Positions 12,701 through 25,658 of a stretch of 64,000 nt of DNA are shown here, one piece after another (position 1 is the first letter of the stretch; each line of letters opens with the position of its first letter). The stretch spans positions 193,254,001 through 193,318,000 of the forward strand of contig OZ024741.1 in the NCBI GenBank assembly GCA_964016885.1. Reading direction: 5' to 3'. A model generated the notes under the pieces. It was not told the DNA's origin. It saw nothing but the letters and a program-made list of their open reading frames with translations, and searched no databases. A program made the translations under genes and the position numbers. Origin of the DNA: Eledone cirrhosa (Eukaryota).

Positions 12701-15384
12701 GTTCCCCGGCTCACAAAACTGGGAATGCTCCCGTTCTGCTGCCAGTTGCAGTAGACGTCTGCCAAGAGGTCACCGAACAAGTCTGGCATAAATGCATAAA
12801 GCTCGTAGGGCAGACCATCTAAACCTGGCGATTTACCTCTTGTGCAGCTAGCCATCGCTTCCAGTATTTCACCGGCTGCTATTGGCTTTTCGCAACACTG
12901 TGCTGCGGTCGTCGAGAGCCGAGGCAGTCCGTCGAGGTATGAACTGAAGTCCATGCCCCGATCCGGGCCGCCGCCGCTCCTCAACAGTTCAGCACAGTGC
13001 TGCTGAAAAGCTTCACACATCCGCTCGGGTTCGAGCATCACGCACCCGTTTTGGTCAGACAAAGACCGAATTGTGGCTTTATTGCCACGTCGCGCCTCTG
13101 CCACCCGGGCTCATTGGACGGCTTTTGTCCCCTCATGTTTCAGAGCACGCGCTCTAGCTCTGACGACGCAGCCTTCGTGTTTTGCGTTGAAGAATTGGTC
13201 AAGTGCCAATCTCGCCGCAAGCACGTCGGTTGCGATGCCTGTCCTAAACGCCTCTTCTAGCTTTCTGACTAGCTCTCCCTCTACTCTATTTTCCTCTATC
13301 ACTACTCCTTTGCTAAACCTAATCGACTCTACTTTAATTGCCCTTTTCAGGGCGAACCACCACCTGTTGTTGACGACCGCTCCCGTCAACGCCCGCTTAA
13401 CTAATACGCTAATCCGGTCTCTGTAGGCCTTGCGCGCCGGGAAAGGCACGTTCAGCTTCCAGTAACCAGTCCCTTGTCTATGAAATCTGTCTATGTCGCT
13501 CTGTGTAGTCGACTATTTTAAATTGTGGACAACTTATACTAGCCTTATCTAGTTCCCTGCAGAATACCCTATCTAGATACGATCTGGATGACCCGATGCG
13601 GTTTGTCCATGTCCGCATTGGCACATTCGGGTGATCCAGTCGATACCTGTCAGACAGTTCAAAACGTCTGAGCAGGTTTTGAAGCTTTTACACCCTCCTT
13701 CCGTGTCTACTAGCCCCATATTAATCATAGCGTGCACCCTCCTCCCCTATCCACTAGCCCCACACGATCCCAGCGTACATCCAAGATACCGTTCCAGTCG
13801 CCCACTAACACTAAAGAGCGGGACGTTCCAAGAAAGGTCTCTAGAATTCTGAAGAAATCTGGCCGTCCTGCCCCTTTTGGGGCGTAGACGGCTACTAGCC
13901 TGAAAGCATTGCCTTCGCTGCCGCTTACGTCCAGCACCACCGACTTACCTTCTGGGTCCAGGAAGATGGCCCGTATCGCGAGATCCAAGCCTCTCCGAAA
14001 AAGGACGGCAACCCCTCCCCCCGATCCTGGACGGCTGGGAGATGCGTATACATCGTAGCCGCCGAAGTTCGGTGCGAAGGCCCGTGCCTCGGAGATTCTG
14101 GTTTCACTGATGGCCACCACATCTATGTTTAGTGACCTGAGGTCATTGAGCAGGTGACCCTGCTTCCAAGATGACCCCAGGCCACGTGCATTTATACTGC
14201 CTATTCTGAGTACAGCCATGTTGGATGAGAAACGGGGCAAATGAGAAAGGGTCACTTACCTTGTTCGTGTGGTGAAGGGACAGTAGAACCGTCCCTTTCG
14301 CTGGTCATGGGTGTTTCCAAGAGGATGTCAGTGTATATCCTCTTGGTAACCGTCCCTCTGAAGTCTCCAACTGCGTTGGGGAATTTTTGTTTTAAAGGTT
14401 TGTATTGTACTATTGAGATTTCGATGATGCTTATGTTTGTCGGGAGAGTTCTTGGTATTGGTGGGGTGTAGTAGTTTTTTTCCGTGATGTCTGTGTGCTG
14501 CTTTATATATTTTATGAGTTTTTTTTTGCTATGTTTATGGCTGTGTACTTTTTGGGGGGAGGGGTGATTTTGTTGCCGTTTTCTTCTTGTTGCTGTTTGG
14601 TGTGTGTGTCTTGTTGTGTTTGCGTTGTTGGTGTTTGTGGTGGTGTTGCTGCAAGTTTCCTTGCTGCCTTTACCCCTCTTTGTATGCCTTCGCTTTTGGA
14701 GGGTGAATCTAAGGGTTTTTTCTTTTTTCTTTTTTGTGGCAGACTGTTTACCACGTCACTCCCGTCTCAAACTCCATGTCGGATTCTGTGGCGTCTGGGA
14801 GGGGTATGTGCTCCACGGCTGTTGGTGGTGGTAGTGGCAATTTTGTTGCTGGTGTAGCTATTTCAAATGTAGCTATTGGTGTTGCCGCTACTGATGCTGC
14901 TGCTTTAGTTATCCGTGGCCTTGGTACGGGTGCCAAAGCCTTTTGGATTTGAGCCTCCGTAGCTCTCTCCACTCGATGTGATATTTTGCTTACGGTGCGG
15001 TAAGTCACCGTCCGTAGCTGCTGGTCCTTGAAAAAATTGGTTGGAGGTTTCAGGGAAACTCTATTTGCGCTTCTTGTCACCATGGCCCTTGCGACTGCCA
15101 TCTCCTCCTCTGTGACTAACACTGTCTCGATATTTCGGGCGACACCTGCAAAAGAAGTGGTCCCTTTTTCAGTAGCACCACTATTGCTGCCGCTACTGGT
15201 CTTACTGGTGGTGCTGAGGTCGCTATTACAGGTATCGGTGTCGTTGTTGTTCTTTTCGCTGGTACAGTTGTTGGTGTTGTTTTCGTTGATACTGTTGCTG
15301 CTGTTACTGTTATTGTGGCTGTTGTTATTATTGTTGTTTTTGTTGATACTGTTCCTACTATTATTGTTGTTGTGGCTGTTGTTA

Positions 15385-15495
15385 TTGTTATTGTCGTTCT
15401 CGACCTTACCGCTGTTATTTTTGTTATTGTCGTTCTCGACCTTACCGCTGTTATTTTTGTTATTGTCGTTCTCGACTTTACCGCTGTTATTTTTG
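15385..15495 (-). repeat. 33-bp coding tandem repeat x3 (NNSGKVENDNNK) in Tx1 ORF1
   Basis: Visible in the DNA and in ORF 14748-15758. Confidence 0.9.
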
Positions 15496-15939
15496 GTGAT
15501 GTTGTTGGTGTTATTGTTGGTGTTGTTGGTGTTAGAAATATTTGTTAATTTTAAATCTGTAACAATCTTTTTTTCGTTTGTAATATTTTCGTGTATATTT
15601 ACCTCCGCTGGAACGCTGTCTTGTTGACATGCTGATAAAGTCTCCCTCCCTCTGTGTTGTCTGACAGTGCTCTTTCTCTTTGTATTATCCATGTTGAAAT
15701 TTTTCAAAAATATATTTTTACACAAATACGAATACGACACCCCGTAAAGGGGTGCCATATTATTTACTACTGAACCCCTGTATTAGGGGGTCACTTCTTC
15801 TAAACTTTTATCAAATTTAAAGCTTGAATAAAAGGTTTAGAACGGTTGAAAAAGAGGTAAAACGTTGAAAAAGACTGGAGGCGATAAGAAGCGTGGCTTC
15901 ACCAACAATAATAATAATAATAATATAATAATAATAATA

Positions 15940-16060
15940 ATTGTTTCTACTTTAGGCACAAGGCCAGCAATGACCCAGTGCATTACTGGTACTTTATTTT
16001 ATCGACCCCGTAAGGATGAAAGGCAAAGTCAACCTCGGCGGGATTTGAACTCAGATCGTA
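15940..16060 (-). mobile_element. tRNA-derived SINE (5'-truncated)
   Basis: Same core and tail as 2740-2930. Confidence 0.85.
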
Positions 16061-16077
16061 TAATAATAATAATAATA

Positions 16078-16487
16078 CAACATAACAAGGTCTGTTTATT
16101 GATTGATATGAGCATCCCATGTGATCACAATATTGTGGGAGGACTGGGAATGATCAAGAAAGGAACAGAACAATATTTGCGAATGATTCCTAGTTTACCC
16201 TCTCTGCACGAGGTGCAAAAATTGTTTTGAATGGTACTGCACACGTATTGAGAAGAGCACTATCTCTGTAAGATTGATATCCCTCCTTGTATTTACATAT
16301 GCATATGCACATGTGTATATATGTATACTGTTTTTTTTGTTTTGTTTTTTTAATTATAATCAATGTGCTGTATTAGCTGGCTTACCAATGCACACTGTGA
16401 ATTTGTTTACACTAGGTGTCAGTGAGACACTCGGCATATATCTCAGAAACAATAATGAAAGAAAATAAAAATGACAATAATAATAAT
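16078..16487 (+). mobile_element. 3' fragment of a second R4/Dong-like family
   Basis: CLLIDMSIPCD..VGGLGMIKKG..EVQK, then (frameshift) GTAHVLRRALSL*. 3' UTR ends in (AAT)n. Confidence 0.75.
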
Positions 16488-16812
16488 TGTTTCTACTTTA
16501 GACACAAGGCCAGCAATTACCCAGTGTATTACTGGTACTTTATTTTATCGACCCCGTAAGGTTGAAAGGCAAAGTTAACCTCGGCGGGATTTGAACTCAG
16601 AATGGCAAGGGCCGTAACTCTAATAATAATAATTGTTTCTACTTTTGGCACAAGGTCAGCAATTTACCAGTGCATTACTGGTACTTTATTTTATCGACCC
16701 CGTAAGGTTGAAAGGCAAAGGTAACCTCGGCGGGATTTGAACACAGAATGACAAGGGCCGTAACTCTATGCGTCAAGTCATGGCGTCCGACCTTCTACCG
16801 ATACTGCCAATA
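16488..16812 (-). mobile_element. Two tandem tRNA-derived SINE copies
   Basis: Two SINE cores, each preceded by (AAT)n. Confidence 0.85.
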
Positions 16813-17007
16813 ATAATAATTGAACATCCCAACATTAACAACTACAGTGGCACTGAAGACCCCCCACCAACAATAGAACTCCCCTCCTCCCTCTGGAAAA
16901 TGCCCCAGCACCACCAGCATAGCCAAAGACAACACCATAATAATAATAATTATTGTCGTTGTATCTCTAAGCTCTCTCAAAATGTTTAGTTCAAACGATG
17001 TCAACTT

Positions 17008-17075
17008 GCATAATAATGCTTTCTTTATAAACACAAGGGTTGACACAAAGTATAACATTAAGGATAAATAACAAG
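17008..17075 (-). mobile_element. Short 3' stub of a Tx1-like element
   Basis: TAATAATGCTTTCTTTATAAACACAAGGGTTGACACAAAGT.. resembles the Tx1-A termini at 3295-3345 and 20735-20790. Confidence 0.55.
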
Positions 17076-17414
17076 TCGAAAAATTACAGAACAGAATACA
17101 GACAGAAACAAACGCTGCATCAAAAGAAAAACAAAATTCAAAAGTTTTGAACGCAACACCCCCTACCTCCCCCGTTGCTACGATAACGAGCTTAGCGTAG
17201 CTAAAACCAAAAACAGCAACAGCAACAACAACAACACTAGTAACAGATGTTACTGGCCTTGAAAAACATAAAAGGAAAAAACTTAGTCAGATATTCAAAC
17301 ATTACAATGACACCCTCCCACCCCCACCCCCACCCCCACTACCACTACTACCATCGAAAAACGAAAATGAAAATGATTTGTTGATGTGGGTGGTGGTGGT
17401 GGTGATGCTGATGA

Positions 17415-17840
17415 TAATGATTGTTTCTGCTTTTGGAGCAGGGTCGACGATTGGCCCGGTAGGTTTCTGGTGCTCTGTCTTGTTGACCCCCCCCCCCCCC
17501 GTAGAAGTGAGGAGCGGTGTTGACCTCGGCGGGATTTGTGCTAGGACCATAAATGGCAGATGCTGATGATAATAATAATTATATCTGCTTCTGGCACATG
17601 GCCAGCGAATGACTCCGACAGTATTTGTGGTCAGATCATAAATTGTAGATGCTGATGATGATGGTGGTTGATTCTGCTTTAGTTACGGGGCCGGCAATTA
17701 TCCAGTGTGTTGCTGGGGCTCGGTTTTATCAACTCCGTAAGATAATAATAATTGTTTCTACTACTGGCACAAGGCCAGCAATTATCCAGTACATTACTGG
17801 TACTTTATTTTATCGACCCCGTAAGGATGAAAGGCAGAGT
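17415..17840 (-). mobile_element. Cluster of 3-4 diverged or truncated SINE copies
   Basis: Repeated TTGTTTCT.CT / GACCTCGGCGGGATTTG / TTTTATC motifs. Confidence 0.65.
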
Positions 17841-20722
17841 AACGTGATGGTGTCACGCTAAAAACACCGGTAGTGATGTAACCATAAATTGACTAATCCT
17901 CGATATGAGTGTTAAAATGTCGAACCTAAACAGTTCGAATAACGGTGAAAAGGAGACTGGAACGTCATGTGAAAGACTCTCTCCCAGCAAGTGCTTCCTG
18001 GCCCAGCAGTAGGGACCTAGCTGTCACCCAAATACTGCTGGTGTTGGAAGAAGAAGAAGGAATGGGACAAGAACCAACTGGACGAAAGAATTGAATAGAG
18101 CTGTCATGAAATGTTACCTAAAGAGTAACCCTATGGAAAAAGGCTATATGAAACGGATGCATAACATCTGGAACGAGATTGGTCTATTTGAATTAGGTGA
18201 ACAAAAATTGGCCGGTTAGGCTCGTGTAATAAGTACTAATGGATGGATAAGCGAGTTAGAACTGGAGGAACTGAGCAGAGAGATTAAGTTGGAAATAGCG
18301 AGTGGAGTATATCAGTCAAATAAGCCAGTGGGAAATGAGGGTGAAGAGGTTGAGAGACCTGAGGAAGCAACCGATGCAGACAATGATCTGAATGCTGAAA
18401 TAAATAACATCTGGAACAAAGATACGGCCATTGAGGAAATGAATGATGATGGGCTAGGGCAAGATTTGGTTGATATTCTGAACTTAGTTGTAGATGAAAT
18501 GAACAATGAGAGTGGAAAGCCTATGAACCTAAGATTTGTAGACAGGAAAAAGTTAAAAGAAACAATAGCTAAGGTAAACAAGGTCATCCCGTACCTTGAG
18601 GCAAGGAACCTTCACCAATGCAACAATATCCTCAAAGCAACAGTAAATGTGGTGAAAGAACTGCCTGGTATAAAAACGAGAGGAAACAACAAACAGGAAA
18701 GATCAGAACCTTGGTGGAAGAAACGACTGAATGGTCAAATCATGGAAATGAGAAATGACATTAGAAAGCTTGAGTTTTTACTGAATGGGACATTACAAAA
18801 CATAGACACTAAAGATAGATTGAAAATAAAATACGAAACTAGGGGGAAAGAGCTAAATGTTATCATAGAGGAACTGAAGCAACGCATTGTAGTAAAAAGT
18901 GCAAAGATTAGGCGGTATCAGAACAGAGTTAGTAAGTATATACAGAACCGCATGTTTAACAACAACCAGATGTTGTTTGAACAGCTTGGGAAAGAAAGAG
19001 GCAACGACATGATCCCCGAGGCTGAATAGACTAAGACATTCTGGGGGGGGGGGGATATGGGAGCAGGATGTTGAACATAATAGTCAGGCAGTGTGGATTG
19101 AGACAGTTCAAAAGGAGATTAGTGAACAAGCACATCAACAAACTGATTTAGGTATCACAGTTGAACCTCTTTAAGTGCAGGACAAAAAACTAACCAACTG
19201 GAAATCACCAGGCCCAGATGGTGTGCAAAGGTATTAGATTAAAAATATAACATCCCTCCACCCAAAACTGACAACTATGTTTAATGACTGCTTGATGTCG
19301 GGTGAAGTACCAGTGGTTGACAAAAGGTACCACAGTTCTGGTAATGAAAGACCGAATCAAGGGTAGTAATATTACCAACGAGAGACCTATCACATGTCTG
19401 TCCGTAATGTGGAAACTGTTGACAAGCATTGTGTCTCGGGAAATCTACTATCATCTCCACATAAACAACTTGTTACCGGACGAACAGAAAGGATGCCGAA
19501 AGAAGTCCCATGGTACAAAAGACCAGTTACTTATTGATAAGATTGTAATGTGGAATTGCAAGAGGAGGCATACTGGTCTTGCCATGCGATGGATAGATTA
19601 CAAAAACGTATTCGACATGGTACCTCATTCTTGGATAACCAAAAGCCCAGAGATCTTCAAGGTGGCAGATGACATCAGACAGTTGTTGAGCAAAAGTATG
19701 AAGTCCTGGGAAACAGAGTTAACATCAGGCGGAGAATCCTTGGGAGGCGTGAAGATCAAGAGAGGTATCTTCCAGGGAGATAGTTTGTCCAATTTGTTGT
19801 TTGTCCTTGCCCTGATACCCCTGTCCATCAGATTGTGAAAAGTGAGAGCAGGATTCAAGATGGGAAGATCTTAAACATGGACGATCTTAAACACTTTGGG
19901 AAGAGTGGAAAGGAGTTGGATGTACTTGTTGACACTGTCCGTATTTTCAGCAATGTTATATGTATGGAATTTGATGTTAATAAGTGTGGAGTCCTAGTGA
20001 TGAAGAGGGGTAAATTGAGCAGAAGCAACGCAATCTAGGTACCAACAGGGGAGATGATAAAGGAAATTGAGACTGAAAAGGAATACAAATATTTAGGTGT
20101 TCTGGAGGCAGATGACATCAAGAACAAAAAAAAATGAAGGAATTGATAAGATCTGAATACATAAGGAGAGTAAGGAACATACTAAAATCACATCTAAATA
20201 GTAGGAATGTCATAAGCGCAGTAAATTCCCGAGCTGTGTCTATTATTAGGTACACTGCGGGAATTCTGAAATGGTAAGATGCTGAACAAAAATAAATGGA
20301 TAGAAAGTCTAGGAAGCTAATGACTATCTACAACATGTTCCAGAAGAAGAGTGATGTTGATAGACTCTACTTAATGAGATCTGAAGGTGGAAGAGGTCTT
20401 ATCAGCATAGAGGACTGTATTCAGATGGAGAAAAACAGTCTGCACAAAAATGTGGCTGACGGTAAGGAGCCAATGCTCAAACTTGTACTGAAGGAGAGGA
20501 TAATAGAGCAGGGGGTGTTAAGAAGGAAATAACAACCTGGAGGAAGAGCAACCTTCATGAAAAATCGCTTCATAGCACCTTCTTTAAGAAAACGGAATTT
20601 AGAGATCCACAGACATGGAACTGGTTAAAAAGAGGAAACCTTAGAAAAGCTACAGAAGGAATGCTAATGGCTGCGCAACAGCAAGCCCTACGAACAAACT
20701 GGCTGAAACACCATATTGACCA
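17841..20722 (+). mobile_element. R4/Dong-clade LINE, second copy, 3' portion missing
   Basis: Colinear with 5900-8785 (same N-term and RT). Ends at ..WLKHHID, directly against a Tx1 (ATT)n tail. Confidence 0.93.
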
Positions 20723-23700
20723 TAATAATAATATTAATAATGCTTTCTTTATTAACCACATGGTTTAACACAAAGTAAAACATTAAGGACAATACAGGAC
20801 AATATAGGACAATACAGGACGGTACAAATGGGTAAATTCTGAGTGTAGAAAAAATGAAAACAGAGTATGTAACAAAAAAAGAAACCATGAAAAATTCCCC
20901 AATAGGGGGGAGACTTCCGAGGGACATTCGTGGAAAAAGCCTATTAAAAAAGCCACGGTGACCCTGACCACCAGGGCAAGTGCCCTCTCCAAGTTTTCCA
21001 CTCGGGCCATACTTGCCTCTCTCACCCATCTTTCAACAAAATGCTGGGAAGAGAGCGCTTCCCTCTCTACCATGATTTTCCTTTTCAAATGAAATTTGAA
21101 AAAGTTAATTAGGGCCTCGCCGAAGAGGTAAGTGCTCGTCTTCAGCCCTTTCAAACGCGCCCACCATGGGATCTCTTTCCCCATGGTCACCAGACAGATA
21201 AAAACTGCCTGCCCTTCCCGGCTAAAGAAAGAGGGCGGGGCAATCCTCACGGTGGAGTCAGCTGATAGCCGGATCCGTCCTACACGCGACAGCAGGTGTT
21301 CGACATAAACCCACAAGTCAGCAATGTTCGGACACTGGACGAGTGTGTGCAGGACGATCTCGTCGCCCTGCGCGCATCTCGGACATCTCCGGCTGACGGC
21401 ACCTCCATGCCTGTAGAGTTTATCCCGAACTGGCAAAGCTCCTCGGTAGCACTGCCAGGCCAGCGATTTCTGGAAGTTGTCCATAGGCCCCGACCCGAAA
21501 GTTCTTCCGAAGAGATTGGCTAGTTGATCTTCGTCGATGCCCAGAGTTTCCCCAAGTACGTCGTCGCTCTTACCCTCTACTAATCCTCTATAAAACGACG
21601 AGTGGAGTTTTCACCGATCGCATTGCCCGACTGGTCGAGGGCTATGTGCGCCTGAAGACATTCCAGTTTCCAAGCGCTGCCTCTCGGTCTTCGCTTGACC
21701 CAGGACTGCAGCTCCGTCAAGGAGATGAGCTGGGGAAACACGCGTCTAGCAAACAGCAATCATACCTGATCACCGTCGAGGAAGAGGTGGAGATGTGGTA
21801 GCCTGAGCGCATGTATGCGCATCATCAGCCACGGTATTTCCAGCCCTCCACGTACCGGGTGTTGACAGCAGATGGACCGCCTGACCATTGGAGCGCGTCT
21901 CTTCCACAAAAAGTGAAAGAGCAAACGTTCCAGGTGCCGAGCTGCAGGCCCACCGACTTTTCCTGTTTGATCATTACTCCTGTCACCGCCTCATATTCTC
22001 TTAGTGTAGTGCCGATCGCTTCAATGTGTTTCGCGTTCGACACCACTACGGTGACACCGTCTGCATATGCTGACACGAAACGTACAACAGGGACGAGAGG
22101 GGACATCCTTCGTGGAACGAGCGCATGATGTTGAACGGTTCCGAAAGGTGACTATTCACTCTCATCACAGAGCAGATGTCGCTGTGCATGGCAGCGATCC
22201 AGCCTCTAAAGTCCATCCCTCGATCCGGCCCGGCGCTTCCCCCGAACAGCTGAGCGAAGTGTCGCTGAAATGCTTCACACATTTGCCCGGGATCGAGTAG
22301 CATACGCCCGTCGTGGTCCACTAAAGACCGGATTGTGGCTTTGTTGCCACGATGCGCCTCCGCCGCTCGGACCCATCGAACGGCTTTCGTCCCCTCTTGT
22401 CTGAGAGCACGCACCCTAGCTCTGACAAGGCAGCCTTAGTGCTTTGCATTGAAGAATTGGTCAAGGGCCAATTTCGCCGCAAGCACCGTCGGTCGCGATA
22501 CCTTTACTAAGCGCCTCGTCTAATTTTCTAACTAGTTCTCCCTCTGCTCTATTTTTCTCTATTGCTAATGTCTTACTAAACCTAATGGACTCTATTCTAA
22601 TCGCTCTTTTCAGAGCAAACCACCATTTTTTGTTGACGATGGCCTCCGTCAACGCCCGATTAACTAGTTCGCTAATCCGGTCTCTGTAGGCCTTGCGCGC
22701 TGTTAACGACGTGTTTAACTTTCAGAAGCCTATCTAAGTCAAGCACACATATCACGAATTTGTGGTCCATGTAGTGGAATATCTTGAATTGTGGACAGCC
22801 TATTCTAGACCTAACTATTTCCCTACAAAATACCCTATCTAGATATGATTTGGCTGACCCGATGCGGTTTGTCCAAGTCCACATTGGCATATTCGGGAAA
22901 TCCAGACGGTACCTGTCAGACAGTTGAAAATGTCTGGGTGGATTTGCGAGGCTTTTACATACTCCTCCCCTATCCGCTAATCCCACACAGTCCCAGCGTG
23001 CATCTATGATCCCGTTCCAGTTGCTCACTAACACTATAGAGCGGAACATTCCAAGAAGGGTCTCCAGACGCCGGAAGAAATCAGGCCACCATGCTCCTGT
23101 CGGGGAATAGACAGCCACTAGCCTGAAAGCTTGCCCTTCTCCGCTGGTCACGTCCAGCACCACCAACTTACCTTCTGGGTCCAGGAAGATGGCCCGTATG
23201 GTGGGATCCAAGACTCTCCAATAAAGCACAGCAACTTCTCCCCTCGATCCTGGACGGCTGGGAGATGCGTATATATCGTAGCCACCGAAGATCGGTGTGA
23301 AGGCTCGTGCTTTGGAGATTCTGGTCTCGTTGATGGCCATCACATCTATGTTCATTGACCTGAGCTCGTTGGGCAGGTGACCTTGCTTCCATGACGACTC
23401 CAGGCCACGCGCATTTATGCTGCCTATTCTGAGTAGGGTCATGTTGAAAAGGAGTGGAAAAGATGGGAAAGGCCTCTTACCTTACTTCTTGTGGAGGAAG
23501 GATGGTTTGTCCATCCTTCTCACTGTTTATGGCCCACTCTCCGGAAGGATTTCTTTATATATGCTCCTGGAAAGTGTTTATCGGAAGTCTCCGATGTCCC
23601 TGGGGAATTTTAATTTTATTGTTGTGTATGATTTTTGTGTGATACGACTGATTTGTATGTGTGTGGGTGGTGTGAATTTTGGGGGTGTTGTATAGTCTTT

Positions 23701-25658
23701 TTCTGAGATGCTGGTCTTGTGTTGTATGTAATGTAATAATTGGTTGTTCAAATTTCATGATGTGTAGTGTGTATCGGTTTGGTTGCTTTGTTTTGTTTGC
23801 GTTTGTTGTGGGTTTGTTTCTGTTTCGCTTGTTGGTGATTGTTGTGGTGTTCGTGATTGTGGTGTTGGCGTTGTTGAAGGTGATGGTGTTGGTGTTTATG
23901 GTGGTGGGGCTGGTGATGCTGGTGCGGGTGGTGGCACAGCTGTCTTAACCTTTTTGTTAGTTTGTTTGTTTCACCCTGCATTTTGTTTTTGGAGAGCAAA
24001 GGAAGAGGATTTTTTCTCTGGTTTCTTTTTTTTTTCCAGATACAGTTTCCCACTCCTCCTTGTCGTCACAATCTGTCTCCAGTTGCGAGAGGTCAGAGAG
24101 TGGAAAATCCTCCACAGGCCCTAGCTTTGGTTGTGGCGTGGTGGATTGTGGAGGTGCTGGTGCTAATTCTGGCGCGGTGGGTGGTGGTGGTGTTCGTCTT
24201 GCTACAGTTGCTGTTGTCGTTGCTGCTACAGTTGTTGCTGCCATTTCTGCTGCTGGTTTTTATGGTTGAGTCACTGGGGTGGGTAGGAGAGGTGGCCTCA
24301 ACTTTTTAGCCTGAGGGCAGAAGGCCTTTAGGTGGGTTCCTTCGCCACAAATAACACACCTAAGCCTTCTACCCTCAACGATTACGGTGAGGTGACTGCC
24401 GTCATTGAGGTCTATCACCTCTGGAATTTCCTGTATGTTTTTTGGTCCGCTTGGATCAGGAGCTCCATCCCAGATCTAGACCAGTTCTCCTGTTTTACTT
24501 TGATCACCTCGATTACTTTTGTGTCGGCCTCGATGTCGGCGAGGACGGCAGCCATTATCCAGGGAATTTCAATGGCTGGAGGAACGTGGGTCACCCTGAT
24601 CCTTACCAGTCTCTGACTACAAAGGCTAGCGACAAGTGTGAACTCGTCACTTTTTAATGGGGCCATGGAGTGCTCTCTGGCTTCCTGTGGGGTTCCAAAG
24701 AACATTCCACGGTTCAATATTTTTGTCCACGTCTGATGTGGGTTTTTTGAGCCCGCACATGTCCCAAAGTATTTGGATCTGGGACTCGTATGCCCGCTCC
24801 ACTCAGCGTGTTTTTTATATTTATTGTGCGAAATGACACGGTGCATAGGGGCCGATGCTCCATGGTATTAGATGGGGCGGAGGGTGAGGCTGACTCTGTA
24901 ACCATATTTTTTACCATTCGCTTGGCTTCATTCAATTCTTCTTGGCTTACCTCAACCGTTTCGTTTTTGTTTGCCGCTTTGGCAAAACACACATTTAGTT
25001 TTGCGCTGGTGTTGATGTTGTTGTTATTATTATTTTTAGTTTCAGTTGTTGTTGTTGTGGTAGTGGTGGGAGTGGTGATATCAGTGGCGTTCGGCGTGGA
25101 AGAGTCGATTTTGGGAGAATCCATTTCGATATCACGAGATAATAATTTATTTTTTGTTTCAGTTGTTGCGGTGGTGGTTGTGGTTGTGGTGGTGGTATCA
25201 GTGGTGTTGGTTGGTCTTTTTGACATTGTGGCGGTGGGGATGGTGACTTTAACGCCTGTAGACATTGGTAATGGCGGGAAAGCCATGTCTGCACATGACA
25301 AATCTAAATAATTGCCACTGCTATTACTTATATTTTCAGTGCTGGCAACCGTAGCAAGGTTTACAATGGTGGTGGTGGCGGGAGATGTTAGTCTGTTAGA
25401 ACTGCTGTTAGCAGATTTGGGTAGCCGAATGCCGTTCATGTCTTTTTTTTTTTTTTTAAGAAATGTTTGTTTGATAAAATAAAGTTTAAATTTTGGGCTC
25501 AAGGCCTCAATATTATTGAGTGTCCTTTTCAGAAAGCAATATATATGAGTTTATAAACACTTAACAAAATTTGTTTTCCATAACTGGCAATTTGAAACAA
25601 CTGAAAACAACAAAACTTTGTGGAGCTCACGATAATACGATTTCCTACGTAGGTCGCC
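20723..25658 (-). mobile_element. Tx1-clade LINE subfamily A with both ends and multiple internal deletions
   Basis: 5' end GGCGACCTACGTAG is shared with the copy ending at 56087. ORF1 and EN/RT fragments present. Deletions at ~21930, 22080, 22205 and 22720. Confidence 0.93.

Larger units (their letters stand above)
9446..15903 (-). mobile_element. Tx1-clade LINE subfamily B with both ends, an internal RT duplication and an ORF1 deletion
   Basis: ORF1 ~15700-14252 (Asn-rich). ORF2 from ATG ~14219: GSINARGL, DVVAISET, VYAP, VGDWN, QGCPLS, SAYADD. AATAAA plus (ATT)n tail at 9425-9457. 5' end abuts (AAT)n at ~15905. Confidence 0.95.

Noticed and set aside
15028-15627. Leu-rich membrane-protein-like ORFs (also 26875, 54240)
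   Set aside because: Antisense of the Asn/Thr-rich Tx1 ORF1.
15940-17840. Repeated SINE cores separated by unique DNA resembling a CRISPR-like array
   Set aside because: Eukaryotic context, units over 100 bp and irregular, no cas genes; SINE heads are also not functional tRNAs.
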